Shown: positions 1 through 8,820 of the stretch, piece by piece
Layout: every line of letters begins with the position of its first letter
Position numbering within the stretch: position 1 is the first letter of the stretch
Assembly (NCBI GenBank): GCA_963717935.1
Contig: CAVQXP010000004.1
Location: 384,001-448,000 of the forward strand
Origin: Candidatus Eiseniibacteriota bacterium
Lineage (GTDB): Bacteria > Eisenbacteria > RBG-16-71-46
Reading direction: 5' to 3'
DNA: 64,000 nt
Position numbers and translations under genes: made by a program
Notes under the pieces: generated by a model
The model's database searches: none
What the model saw: only the letters and a program-made list of their open reading frames with translations
What the model was told of the DNA's origin: nothing

Positions 1-56
1 GCCGAGACGAGGGTGATGAGAAGGGCGATGATCCACAGCCAGACGGAACGGTTCAT
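1..56 (-). CDS. N-terminal fragment of a membrane/secreted protein (runs off window)
   Basis: ATG at 56 preceded by AGAGGAGG RBS; reads MNRSVWLWIIALLITLVS (hydrophobic N-terminus). Confidence 0.7.
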   Translation of the reverse strand, partial: MNRSVWLWIIALLITLVS

Positions 57-345
57 CGGGATCCTCCTCTGAAGTTGTCCTCCTTCGGTCCGGGATCGGT
101 CGAGCGGGACCCGGATGGATTCAGCGCGGGCATGATAGAGGATGCCGCCCGCGGGGGGCCTGCATCCGGCGCCGGGTGCCCGAATTGGAGCGGATGCCGG
201 CGCGCCGGGTCCACGGGGCGTGGGAGGCGCGGCCCGGGTACGGGAGAAGGCGGGCGTCAGACTCGGCGCTGGATACCCCGGGCGAATCGTCCGGCACGAG
301 GAACAGCGGGGCGCCGTCCTCGCTATCTATCGTATCCAGCAGGAG

Positions 346-882
346 TTAGGCGGCCCTGGAGCCCGATTCTCTTGCGGAGGTCCGCGGTGTGCGAGGGCGG
401 GCACCCGCGATGGCGAGCATCGGCTCCCGCCCCGTCCGGCCGCCGTTCCGCCGGGGAGGGCGCTCTCGCAGGGCGCGCCAGGCACCGGCCAGCGCCAGCA
501 GGACCGCAGCCGAGCCGAACCAGGGGGGCTCGGCGAAGAGCCTCAGGCACTCGAGACCGACCACGTGGAGTTGGAAGCCCGAGTCGGGCGAGGCCTGGGT
601 CACCGAGAAGGCGCTGAACGCGAAGAGCGCCAGCAGGACTCCGGTGAACGCCAGGAGCGAGGCCGTGGCCCGGACCATCGTGTCCGCACGACGGCCGCCG
701 TAGCGGCAGGCCCATGCGATCAGCCAGCCCAGACCGGGCGCGGCCGGCAGCGACCACACACCGAAGAGAGCGGCCAGCGCCGACCAGACCGTCGCCCCCA
801 GGACCAGCGCCAGGATCCCGTAGAGCGTGGCGAGGGAGTGCTCCGGTTCGATCCGACCCGCTTCAGCGGAGGGGGTGTCCAT
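346..882 (-). CDS. hypothetical integral membrane protein (about 4 TM helices)
   Basis: Several hydrophobic stretches (LYGILALVLGATVWSALAALFG; LLAFTGVLLALFAFSAF); start 882 (ATG) or 900 (GTG). Confidence 0.7.
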   Translation of the reverse strand: MDTPSAEAGRIEPEHSLATLYGILALVLGATVWSALAALFGVWSLPAAPGLGWLIAWACRYGGRRADTMVRATASLLAFTGVLLALFAFSAFSVTQASPDSGFQLHVVGLECLRLFAEPPWFGSAAVLLALAGAWRALRERPPRRNGGRTGREPMLAIAGARPRTPRTSARESGSRAA

Positions 883-943
883 CCAGGGGTTTTCGACCAC
901 CGCACGGGGGGGCTGAAGGGCCCTGTGGAGGGCTCGATCATCG

Positions 944-976
944 TCACGATATTTCGTGACTCACGAGATATCGTGA
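944..976. promoter_or_regulatory. tandem palindromic operator, 2 x TCACGA-N4-TCGTGA
   Basis: TCACGAtattTCGTGA (944-959) and TCACGAgataTCGTGA (961-976); overlaps a GTGACT-N17-TAGGAT promoter-like site (956-984) of the downstream regulator. Confidence 0.75.
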
Positions 977-1005
977 TGTAGGATGCGGCTGGAACGAGGG
1001 CCTCC

Positions 1006-1875
1006 ATGAACAGTCAAGCCGCCATCCTGCAATCACTTCACCCTGTATTGTCCACCCTGGTCGAGGCCGGCCTCGCGTCCTGCGACGGAGTGCTGTCACG
1101 AGCCTGGCTCGTAGGCCCCGGCGACAGCTGCGACTCGTGCCCGATGCGGCGCGAATGCCCGAGCCAGAGCACCTGCCTCCACCTGGCGGCAAGTGCCGGG
1201 ACCGAAGGCGACACGGTGGATCTGTTCCGCCGCATCCCCATCGGCACCGGCTCGCTCGGCCGGATCCCGGTGTCCCGCGACCCGCTGGTCGCGCGCACGG
1301 GCCTCGGCGCTCTGGGCGTGGCCGATCCGGCCTGGCTCACCCGGAACAAGGTGCACGCCGTCGCCGCCCTGCCCCTCGAACACGGCGAGCGCTGCATCGG
1401 AGTGCTCGCGGTCTTCTCCCGCGGCAAACTGCCCGAGGATCAGATGCGGCTCCTGGCGGCCTCGACCCGGCTGGGCGCCGAGGCCCTCGGGAATGTCGCG
1501 GCCTTCCGGGCTCTGGCAGCGGATCGCAACCACCTGGCCGCGAAGAACGCCCGGCTTCGTTCGGGCCTCGGCCTGCCAGCGGAGCCCGAACCGGCGCCGC
1601 CACCGCCGACTCCGAGGGTTGCTCAGCCGCCCCCGGCACCTCCTCCGTCCCCCGTTCAGCACCCCGGGACCAGTGCCACGCTTCAGATGGACGCGGCCAT
1701 CCCCTTGCCCTTGCGCAGCTTCGCCGAGGTCCAGCGGGAGGGCATCCTGCGGACGCTCGAGCGCACGGGCTGGCGTGTGAGTGGCCCGAAGGGCGCGGCG
1801 ATGGTGCTGGGGCTCAAGCCCACCACGCTCGAATCGAAGATGAAGAAGCTCGGCATCCACCGCCCACCGCGCTGA
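1006..1875 (+). CDS. GAF domain + Fis-type HTH transcriptional regulator (FhlA-like termini, no sigma54 AAA+ domain)
   Basis: N-terminal GAF with CxxC-x5-C-x5-C; Pro-rich linker; C-terminal REGILRTLERTGWRVSGPKGAAMVLGLKPTTLESKMKKLGI typical of FhlA/HyfR HTH_8. Confidence 0.85.
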   Translation: MNSQAAILQSLHPVLSTLVEAGLASCDGVLSRAWLVGPGDSCDSCPMRRECPSQSTCLHLAASAGTEGDTVDLFRRIPIGTGSLGRIPVSRDPLVARTGLGALGVADPAWLTRNKVHAVAALPLEHGERCIGVLAVFSRGKLPEDQMRLLAASTRLGAEALGNVAAFRALAADRNHLAAKNARLRSGLGLPAEPEPAPPPPTPRVAQPPPAPPPSPVQHPGTSATLQMDAAIPLPLRSFAEVQREGILRTLERTGWRVSGPKGAAMVLGLKPTTLESKMKKLGIHRPPR

Positions 1876-2106
1876 ACCCCTGCGGGGGCCGGGTCCCGCT
1901 ACGGACCCGTGCCGTGGCCCCGTCGATGAGCCCCCCCCACGACACCGTCTCCGACCTCCGTCTCGCCTCGCCGTCCACGCCGTTGGCACCTCCGTTAACT
2001 CCGTAAACGATTGTCGGAAAATCAATTAAGTTCTTGACTCCACTGCCCTCCCGCGACGTATTCGTGCCCCTGCCCGGCCCCGGGGTGAGGAAGGGAGGTG
2101 AGGAGG

Positions 2107-2475
2107 ATGAAGCAGAGCCGGAAAGTTCTCACGCTGTGCGCGGCGCTCGCCCTTGTCGCCGTCACCGCTGCAGCGCTCCCCGCGCTCGCGGCGCGCAAGT
2201 CGGATGCACCGGCCACGAGCACGTCGGCCAGGGCGAAGCAGACGACCCGCCAGTTCACGGGCATCGTGACCGCGCTGGACAAGACCAGTCTCACGGTCGA
2301 AAAGGGCGGCAAGAAGCCCGGCACGATGGTGTTCACCCGGCACGCCGAGATGCGTACGGTCGGCGATCTGGAGAAGGACGCCCGCGTGACGGTCTATTAC
2401 CGCGCGAATGGTCGTGAGACCATCGCCCTGCGGGTGGTGGTGAAGCCCGCGAACGGCGGCGCCAGCGAGCGCTGA
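2107..2475 (+). CDS. small secreted protein, probable OB-fold (DUF5666-like)
   Basis: AGGAGG RBS, signal peptide (…ALPALA), beta-rich FTGIVTALDKTSLTV…LEKDARVTVYY. Confidence 0.7.
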   Translation: MKQSRKVLTLCAALALVAVTAAALPALAARKSDAPATSTSARAKQTTRQFTGIVTALDKTSLTVEKGGKKPGTMVFTRHAEMRTVGDLEKDARVTVYYRANGRETIALRVVVKPANGGASER

Positions 2476-2536
2476 CGAAGTCCCGGACCGGGCGGGCTCC
2501 CGCGCCCGGACCGGGCGGCGGGGCGCGGCACGCGGC

Positions 2537-4600
2537 CTACGCGGCCAGCGCGGGACGATCGCCGTCGAGGATGTCGCGCACCTTGTGCGCGAGCGCTTCG
2601 GGGCTGAAGGGCTTCTGCAGGAACCAGGTCCCTGCCTCGAGCAGGCCGCCGCTCACGAAGGCGTCGTTGGCATAGCCGGACACGTAGAGCACGCGGGCCT
2701 CGGGACGGCGGCGCACGAACTCCTGCGCCAGTTCCCGGCCGCTGCGACCCGGCATGACGACGTCGGTGACGAGCAGCGCGATGGGCTCCTCGCAGCCTTC
2801 CTCGATCTCCAGCGCCTCCCGTGCGTCGCCCGCGACCAGCACGCGGTAGCCGTGTTCGACGAGCACTTCCGCTTCGAAGGCACGCACGGCTTCCTCGTCC
2901 TCGACGACCAGCACGGTCTCCCGACCGGCCGGAGCCGCCGCCGGGGCGGGTGCCGCCTCGCCCGCGACAGCGACCGGCTCGACCCGTGGCAGGTAGATGC
3001 GGAAGGTCGCGCCCCGGCCCGGCTCGCTCTCCACCTGGATCGCGCCGTCGCTCTGCTGGACGATCCCGTACACGGTCGCGAGCCCCAGGCCCGTTCCCTT
3101 TCCGATCTCCTTGGTCGTGAAGAAGGGCTCGAAGATGCGGGCCCGCGTCGCGGCGTCCATGCCACAGCCGCTATCGCTGACCGCGAGCATCACATGCGGC
3201 CCCGATCGCAGCGCGGCGTCGATCCCGCGCGGGGCCGCGTCCAACTCCACGTCGGCGAGCTCGATGGTGAGCATGCCGCCATCGGGCATGGCATCGCGCG
3301 CATTGATCGCCAGGTTCATGACGACCTGCTCGATCTGGCCGGGGTCGGCCTTGACGTGCCCGAGGAGGGGGGCGCGCGGCGTGTTCAGGAGAACGTGCTC
3401 GCCCAGCAGGCGCGAGAGCATCGCCGTCATGCCCTGCACCACGTCGTCCAGGTTCAGCACCCTGGGCTCGAGCACCTGCTTGCGGCTGAACGCCAGCAAC
3501 TGGCGCGTGAGCGAGGTCGCGCGCGCAGCGGCCCGGTGGATCTCCCGGACCCTGCCCAGGTCCGGGACCCGGTCCGCAAGGGAGCGGAACAACAGCTCGC
3601 AGTAGCCGGTGATGACGGTGAGCAGGTTGTTGAAGTCGTGAGCCACGCCACCCGCGAGCTGGCCGACGGCCTCCATGCGCTGCGTCTGCCGGAACTGCTC
3701 CTCGAGACGGCGGCGCTCGGTGACGTCGTTCGCGAGCACCATGACCGCGGGCCGGCCGTAGAAGCATAGCGGGTTCCCCAGGGTCTCGACGTCGATGAGC
3801 GTGCCGTCCTTCTTGCGGTGCCGGAACACGCCCGGCCGCAGGGGCCCGTCCGCGAGCCGGCCCATCAACTCGAGCAGCGCCTGCACCTCCTCGGGCGGAC
3901 GGATGTCCACGGCGGTCATGGCGAGGAACTCCTCACGCGACCAGCCGTAATGGTCCACGGTGGCCTGGTTGACCGCCAGGAACGCGAACGTCGCCCGGTC
4001 GAACACCCACATGGGCTGCGGGTTCGCGTCGAAGAGCAGCCGGTAGTGCTCCTCCGAGCAGCGCAGGGCCTCCTCCGCCCGCCGCAGGCCCGTGACGTCG
4101 CGGATGATGCAGAGCATGCGGCCTTCCGGCAGGCGCACGAGGCGCGCGTCACGATGCCGCTCCTCCCCGTCGAACGTGATCCTGTAATCGAGCTGCTCCT
4201 GCGTCGAACCCGCCCGCATGCGCTCGAGAGCCTCGCGGAAGCGCGCCTGCATGGCCCCGGGCGCGATGTCCACGAGGGGCCGTCCCACCACGTCGTCGGG
4301 GGCGTAGGTCTTCATCGCGTCCGGGCACGCGGGGGGACGGTAGGAGAGGATGCGCCCGTCGACATCCAGCGTGATGAAGAGGTCCGGCAACGCCTGCAGC
4401 ATGCCACGCAGCTCGGCATTCGCGCGCAGCAGTTCGTCGGAGGAGAGTTCGAGGGAGCGCTCGAGCAGCGCGCGGCCGGTCTCGAAGCGCTGGTACGCCT
4501 CGTCGACCGCCCCGAGCAGGCCCTCCAGTCCGGGGGGCGGTTCGCCCCCGGCAAGGTGGGCGCGCAGTTGACGCTGCAGGAGGCGGGAGGTCACGGGCAC
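2537..4600 (-). CDS. PAS-PAS hybrid sensor histidine kinase/response regulator
   Basis: H-box GGVAHDFNNLL, N-box NLAINARDAM, FEPFFTTK, GTGLGL, receiver VTDVVMPG…FLQKPF; GTG start just after the FIST stop. Confidence 0.92.
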   Translation of the reverse strand: MPVTSRLLQRQLRAHLAGGEPPPGLEGLLGAVDEAYQRFETGRALLERSLELSSDELLRANAELRGMLQALPDLFITLDVDGRILSYRPPACPDAMKTYAPDDVVGRPLVDIAPGAMQARFREALERMRAGSTQEQLDYRITFDGEERHRDARLVRLPEGRMLCIIRDVTGLRRAEEALRCSEEHYRLLFDANPQPMWVFDRATFAFLAVNQATVDHYGWSREEFLAMTAVDIRPPEEVQALLELMGRLADGPLRPGVFRHRKKDGTLIDVETLGNPLCFYGRPAVMVLANDVTERRRLEEQFRQTQRMEAVGQLAGGVAHDFNNLLTVITGYCELLFRSLADRVPDLGRVREIHRAAARATSLTRQLLAFSRKQVLEPRVLNLDDVVQGMTAMLSRLLGEHVLLNTPRAPLLGHVKADPGQIEQVVMNLAINARDAMPDGGMLTIELADVELDAAPRGIDAALRSGPHVMLAVSDSGCGMDAATRARIFEPFFTTKEIGKGTGLGLATVYGIVQQSDGAIQVESEPGRGATFRIYLPRVEPVAVAGEAAPAPAAAPAGRETVLVVEDEEAVRAFEAEVLVEHGYRVLVAGDAREALEIEEGCEEPIALLVTDVVMPGRSGRELAQEFVRRRPEARVLYVSGYANDAFVSGGLLEAGTWFLQKPFSPEALAHKVRDILDGDRPALAA

Positions 4601-4604
4601 CGGG

Positions 4605-5738
4605 CTAGCGCTCCGCGAAGGTCGTGACGACCATGGTCTGGTTCTGCAGCTCGAGCCCGGCGCCCGTGGCCAGGGGCGCGATCTCGCCGTAGGAGTAGAA
4701 ACCGGCCAGCGCCGGGCGCGTCCCCAGCGTCTCCCGCACGTCCTCGACCTCTTCCTCGACGCGCTCCTCGAGCACGAGCTTCCGTCCGGCGCAGGAGACG
4801 AGCAGGGCCAGGTCCGGCTCCCCTGCGTCGAGCCCCTCGCGCGCCGCACGCGCCGCACCCGCGGCGCCCTCGAGCAGTCGCTCGGGGCTCGCCATCATGA
4901 GCCGCGCGTAGGCGCCCTCCGGCATGTCGCCGGCGAAGGTCACGCTCTGCGCGGCCTCGTCGATGCCGAGCACGGCGCGCGCCACGCCCTGCGCGCCGTC
5001 CGGTGTGCGCAGGACCAGGGGGAACATGAGACCGGTCCCGGGCAGGCCGCTCGCGTGCTCGCCGAGGTACTTCTTGTAGAGCACGAGCACGGGCTGCCCA
5101 TCCACCTCGTAGAGCACCCGCCCGCTCGAGCGCGTGATGAGCCGCTCGGGCCCGAAGGCCCCCCAGCCACCCATGCAGCCGTGGCCGACCGCGAGGCGCT
5201 CGCCGTAGAAACCGAGGATCGCCGCGGTGCCCGGGCCGGCCTCGCCGTCCATCACCACCGAGGTGCGCTGGAAGCGGTTGCCGTCGCCCACGAGCCCGCC
5301 GGTCACGGCCACGTGCGCGGGCAGCCCGGCGCGCAGACCATGCGCGAACTCGGTGCCGTTGACCGCCAGCCCGTCGGCGAGGACGAAGGCGTGGCACAGC
5401 CCCTCGGATGGAAGGGCGGCAGCGAGCCGCCGGCCCGCCGCGTTGGAGTCGCTCCCGAGCAGGACGAGCGCGCCTTCGACACGGGCGTGCTCGAAGTGCA
5501 CGGCCGTGGCGACGAGCGTCTCGTCCGCGACGCGCGTGTCGCAGATCTCCCCGGCGGTCGAACCCCCGAGGATCCGTGCGGCGGGGTAGGCGCGGCGCAC
5601 GTCGTCGAGCGGTGGGCCGCCCCGCAGGACGGTCTCGCCGGCGAACACGAGCACGAGCTGCGGAGCGTCGCGCATCCGGCCAGGGGCGTGGGGCTCCCAG
5701 CCGCCGGCCTGCGTCCAGCGGACCTGCTCGATCACCAT
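4605..5738 (-). CDS. FIST (NosP-like) signal-transduction protein
   Basis: GGSTAGEI, VTGGLVGDG, GCMGGW, LVSCAGRK, GFYSYGEI, QNQT motifs of FIST_N/FIST_C. Confidence 0.9.
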   Translation of the reverse strand: MVIEQVRWTQAGGWEPHAPGRMRDAPQLVLVFAGETVLRGGPPLDDVRRAYPAARILGGSTAGEICDTRVADETLVATAVHFEHARVEGALVLLGSDSNAAGRRLAAALPSEGLCHAFVLADGLAVNGTEFAHGLRAGLPAHVAVTGGLVGDGNRFQRTSVVMDGEAGPGTAAILGFYGERLAVGHGCMGGWGAFGPERLITRSSGRVLYEVDGQPVLVLYKKYLGEHASGLPGTGLMFPLVLRTPDGAQGVARAVLGIDEAAQSVTFAGDMPEGAYARLMMASPERLLEGAAGAARAAREGLDAGEPDLALLVSCAGRKLVLEERVEEEVEDVRETLGTRPALAGFYSYGEIAPLATGAGLELQNQTMVVTTFAER

Positions 5739-5856
5739 CGGGGCCTCCCTGCCGGGTTTGGTGTCGAAGGACACGTTACGCTTCCCTGCGCCCCGGAACG
5801 GGTGCTCGCGGCCCATGGAGCAGACGGCTGGCGCGACCGCACGCGGTGCTCGAAGG

Positions 5857-5884
5857 TTTTCGGCAACGGGGGGCCCGCGCTTGA
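5857..5884 (-). promoter_or_regulatory. putative sigma28-type promoter of FIST-kinase operon
   Basis: TCAA-N16-GCCGAAAA on minus strand, about 120 nt upstream of the FIST start. Confidence 0.35.
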
Positions 5885-6033
5885 GGCCGACGTCGAGGGT
5901 GGCCTCGGTCCCGGCGGCTGCCTGGGCCCGCGCAGGCGCCGTCCCATCCCGCGCGCAGGACTTGCCCACGGTCGGCCGGGTTGGTCGCCGCCCGGCCGCT
6001 CGTGGCACTCGGCGGCCGCGCCGCGGACGTCCT

Positions 6034-7065
6034 CTATCTCGTGGTCGTGACCGTGACGCGCACGCTCATGCCCGGACGCAGCGGGCGCACGGGGTCGTTG
6101 GGCTCGTCGAGCCCGACCCGCACCGGGATGCGCTGGACGACCTTGGTGAAGTTGCCCGTGGCATTGTCGGGCGGCAGCAGCGAGAACTTCGCGCCCGTCG
6201 CCGGGCTCAGGTTCTCGACGTGGCCGCGGTACCGCGTCCCAGGGTACGAGTCCACCGTGATCTCGACCTTGTCACCGGGCAGGACGTTCCGCACGGTGGT
6301 CTCCTTGAGGTTGGCGACCACCCACACGTCGTGCAGCGGCACCACGCTCATGAGCGGCTGCCCGGCCTGCACGTACTGGCCCACTTCGACCGACTTCCTC
6401 GTCACCACGCCGCCCTCGGGCGCGGTGATGAGCGCGTAGGAGAGCACCAGCGCCGCCTGGTCGCGCGCCGCCTTCGCGGCCGTGACCCGGCTCTCGGCGC
6501 CGCGCAGCCCTGCGCTCGCGGCGAGCACCTGCTGCATCGTGGCCTGCAACTGGGCCTGCGACGAGGTCGCTGCGGCTTCGGCCGCGTCCAGTTGCAGGCG
6601 GCTGATGATGCCGCGCTCCGCGAGCGAGCGGTAGCGCTCCAGGTCGCTCGCGGCCCGGTGCGCGTTGGCCCGCGCCTGCTCGACCGCGGCCCGCGCCGCC
6701 TCCAGTTGCGCGGAGGCCTGCCCGGTCTCGCCGCTCCCGCCACCGACGGCGATCGCGGAGGCGAGGTCCGCCTCGGTCTGCGCGAGACGCGCCTCGAGGT
6801 CCCGCTCGTCGATGCGCGCCAGCACCTGGCCCGAGCGCACCTCGTGGTTGTCATCCACCTCGACCGCGGCGACGTAGCCGCTCACGCGGGACAGGACCGG
6901 GATGATGCGTCCCTCGACCTGCGCGTTGTCGTCGCCGATGTGCGTGCGCGCCCAGACCCACTGCCGCACGAGCAGCGCCGCGCCGGCAAGGACCACGAGG
7001 GCGATCACGCCCAATACGAGGCGCCGGCGCGACGGTCCCACGGCCACCCGCGCGCCCGTGCTCAT
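6034..7065 (-). CDS. emrA: HlyD/EmrA family efflux membrane-fusion protein
   Basis: N-terminal TM, DNAQVEG, coiled coil, SPATGAKFSLLPPDNATGNFTKVVQRIPV EmrA signature. Confidence 0.92.
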   Translation of the reverse strand: MSTGARVAVGPSRRRLVLGVIALVVLAGAALLVRQWVWARTHIGDDNAQVEGRIIPVLSRVSGYVAAVEVDDNHEVRSGQVLARIDERDLEARLAQTEADLASAIAVGGGSGETGQASAQLEAARAAVEQARANAHRAASDLERYRSLAERGIISRLQLDAAEAAATSSQAQLQATMQQVLAASAGLRGAESRVTAAKAARDQAALVLSYALITAPEGGVVTRKSVEVGQYVQAGQPLMSVVPLHDVWVVANLKETTVRNVLPGDKVEITVDSYPGTRYRGHVENLSPATGAKFSLLPPDNATGNFTKVVQRIPVRVGLDEPNDPVRPLRPGMSVRVTVTTTR

Positions 7066-8438
7066 CTCACCGTCCGGGCTACGCCGACCGCGCGCGCCAG
7101 CGCGATGCGCGCGGTCGCGGCCGCGGTGCGCGCGTCGATGAGCGCGTCGCGCCCGCGCAGCAGCGAGGACTGCGCGTTGATCACCTCGATGTTCCCGGCC
7201 ACGCCGCTCGCGAAGCGCTCGCGCGCCTGCGTCAGCTCCTCCTCGGCGAGTCGCAGCCTCTCCATCGCCACGCTCTCCTGCTCGAGCCCCGAGGAGACGT
7301 CGAGCGCGGCACCGAGCACCTCGGCCGCGACCTGCTGGCGGAGGTCGTGCTCGCGCACCTCCGACTCGCGTGCCATCGCGCTCTGCTCGGCGACACGGCC
7401 CTCACGGCGCAGCCCGTCGAAGATCGGCATCGAGGCCCCGAGCATGACCGCGCGCGTGGCCAGCGCGTCGGAGGAATGCGCCCCGCTGAGGCCGTAGTCC
7501 GCGCTGAAATCGACGCGCGGCAGCCGCTCGGCCTGGATGGCGCGTTTCTCCACGCCGGCGCGAGCGCGCCGCGAGCGCTCCGCGGCCAACTCCGGACGCT
7601 GCGCGAGCGCCAGCGTGATCGCGGCGTCGACCTCCGTCGGCGCCGCGGACGAGCCGAGGGTGGTCGAGAGCGTGTCGGAAAGGACGAAGCGGGCCGCCGG
7701 GTCGACACCCAGGGCCCGCGCCAGGTCGAGCGTGGCGCGCGCGGCCTGGTTCTGCGCCACCAGCCACGCCCCGCGCGCCGCGGCCTCCTGCGTGCGCGCG
7801 CGGATCACGTCGATGCGAGCCGCGGTGCCTGCCCGCACCTGGTCCTCGGCGAGCGACGCGAGCTGCCGCGCGAGGTCGAGGTCGGCGTCGCGAGCCGACA
7901 CCACGGCGGCCGCGCGCGAGGCCCGCACGTAGGCCAGCGCGGCCGTCTGCGCCGCGGTCTCGGCGCTTCCACCCGCCTCGGCGCGGCTCACGCCCACGCC
8001 GAGGCCGGCGGAGCGCAGCCGCAGCCACGAGGCCACATCGAACAGGGGCTGCGAGGCCCGCAGCCGCGCGTCCACCTGGTTCACGGGACCGACGAGATCC
8101 GCGATCGAGAGACCCGGGATCGCCGGGAACGAGATGCCCATCGCCTTGAAGGAGTAGGTGCGCTCCAGCGAGAACGCCGAGCCCGAGAACGTGGGCAGCA
8201 GCGCGGCGCGCGCCTGTCCGCGGCGGGCCTCGGCCTCGGTCGTCCGCAGCGCGGCCATCTGCACCGCGGGCGTGCTGCACGCCGCGATCGACACGGCCTG
8301 TTCGAGCGACATCGAGGCGGCCGCGCCCCCGGACGCCTCGGGCGTCCCGGCGGGCGTCGGGCCGGTGGCGCGCACCGCCGCCGGCGCGAGGGCTCCCGCC
8401 AGCAGGACGGCGACGGCCATGAGCCTGGACCTGTGCAT
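7062..8438 (-). CDS. TolC family outer-membrane efflux protein
   Basis: Signal peptide, two OEP repeats (ALLPTFSG…QPLFD; RLPRVDF…MPIFDG); 4-nt overlap with emrA. Confidence 0.88.
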   Translation of the reverse strand: MHRSRLMAVAVLLAGALAPAAVRATGPTPAGTPEASGGAAASMSLEQAVSIAACSTPAVQMAALRTTEAEARRGQARAALLPTFSGSAFSLERTYSFKAMGISFPAIPGLSIADLVGPVNQVDARLRASQPLFDVASWLRLRSAGLGVGVSRAEAGGSAETAAQTAALAYVRASRAAAVVSARDADLDLARQLASLAEDQVRAGTAARIDVIRARTQEAAARGAWLVAQNQAARATLDLARALGVDPAARFVLSDTLSTTLGSSAAPTEVDAAITLALAQRPELAAERSRRARAGVEKRAIQAERLPRVDFSADYGLSGAHSSDALATRAVMLGASMPIFDGLRREGRVAEQSAMARESEVREHDLRQQVAAEVLGAALDVSSGLEQESVAMERLRLAEEELTQARERFASGVAGNIEVINAQSSLLRGRDALIDARTAAATARIALARAVGVARTVR

Positions 8439-8741
8439 ACAGGACCTCCGCGCCCGCCGCCCGGCCCACGCTTCGGACCGGCACCGGACGCAACGCAGAA
8501 AGAGTTGGAGCGGGACTGTCAGACGCGAGGCCGGCCTCGGGGCCGGGGCCCGGAGCAGGCCCGCCACCGGATAGTACGCAGCATCCGCACGGAATCCTAA
8601 CGCCTCCCCTGGCGCCCGGCCGGGCGCGTCGCCCCCGGCGGCACGGCACGTTCCGGTTCCGCACGCGGACACGACCGCACGCGCCGGCGCTGCGAACCTG
8701 GAGGAGGATGACACCGGACGCAGCACCCGGAGGCCTGCGCG

Positions 8742-8770
8742 TTGCGCGCTCCCCGCCGCGCACCTACACT
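8742..8770 (+). promoter_or_regulatory. sigma70-like promoter of tldD operon
   Basis: TTGCGC-N17-TACACT, about 50 nt upstream of ATG 8821. Confidence 0.5.
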
Positions 8771-8820
8771 GCCGCGGTCGCTTGCCGTGGCCGCGCGCCC
8801 ACCCTCACCCCAACGACCTC

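Noticed and set aside
1983..1999. sigma54 promoter TTGGCAC upstream of 2107
   Set aside because: The -12 position reads TTAA rather than TTGC; a TTGACT -35 at 2034 fits sigma70 better
2482..2518. 14-bp direct repeat CCCGGACCGGGCGG x2
   Set aside because: Short and GC-only-rich; plausible by chance or slippage
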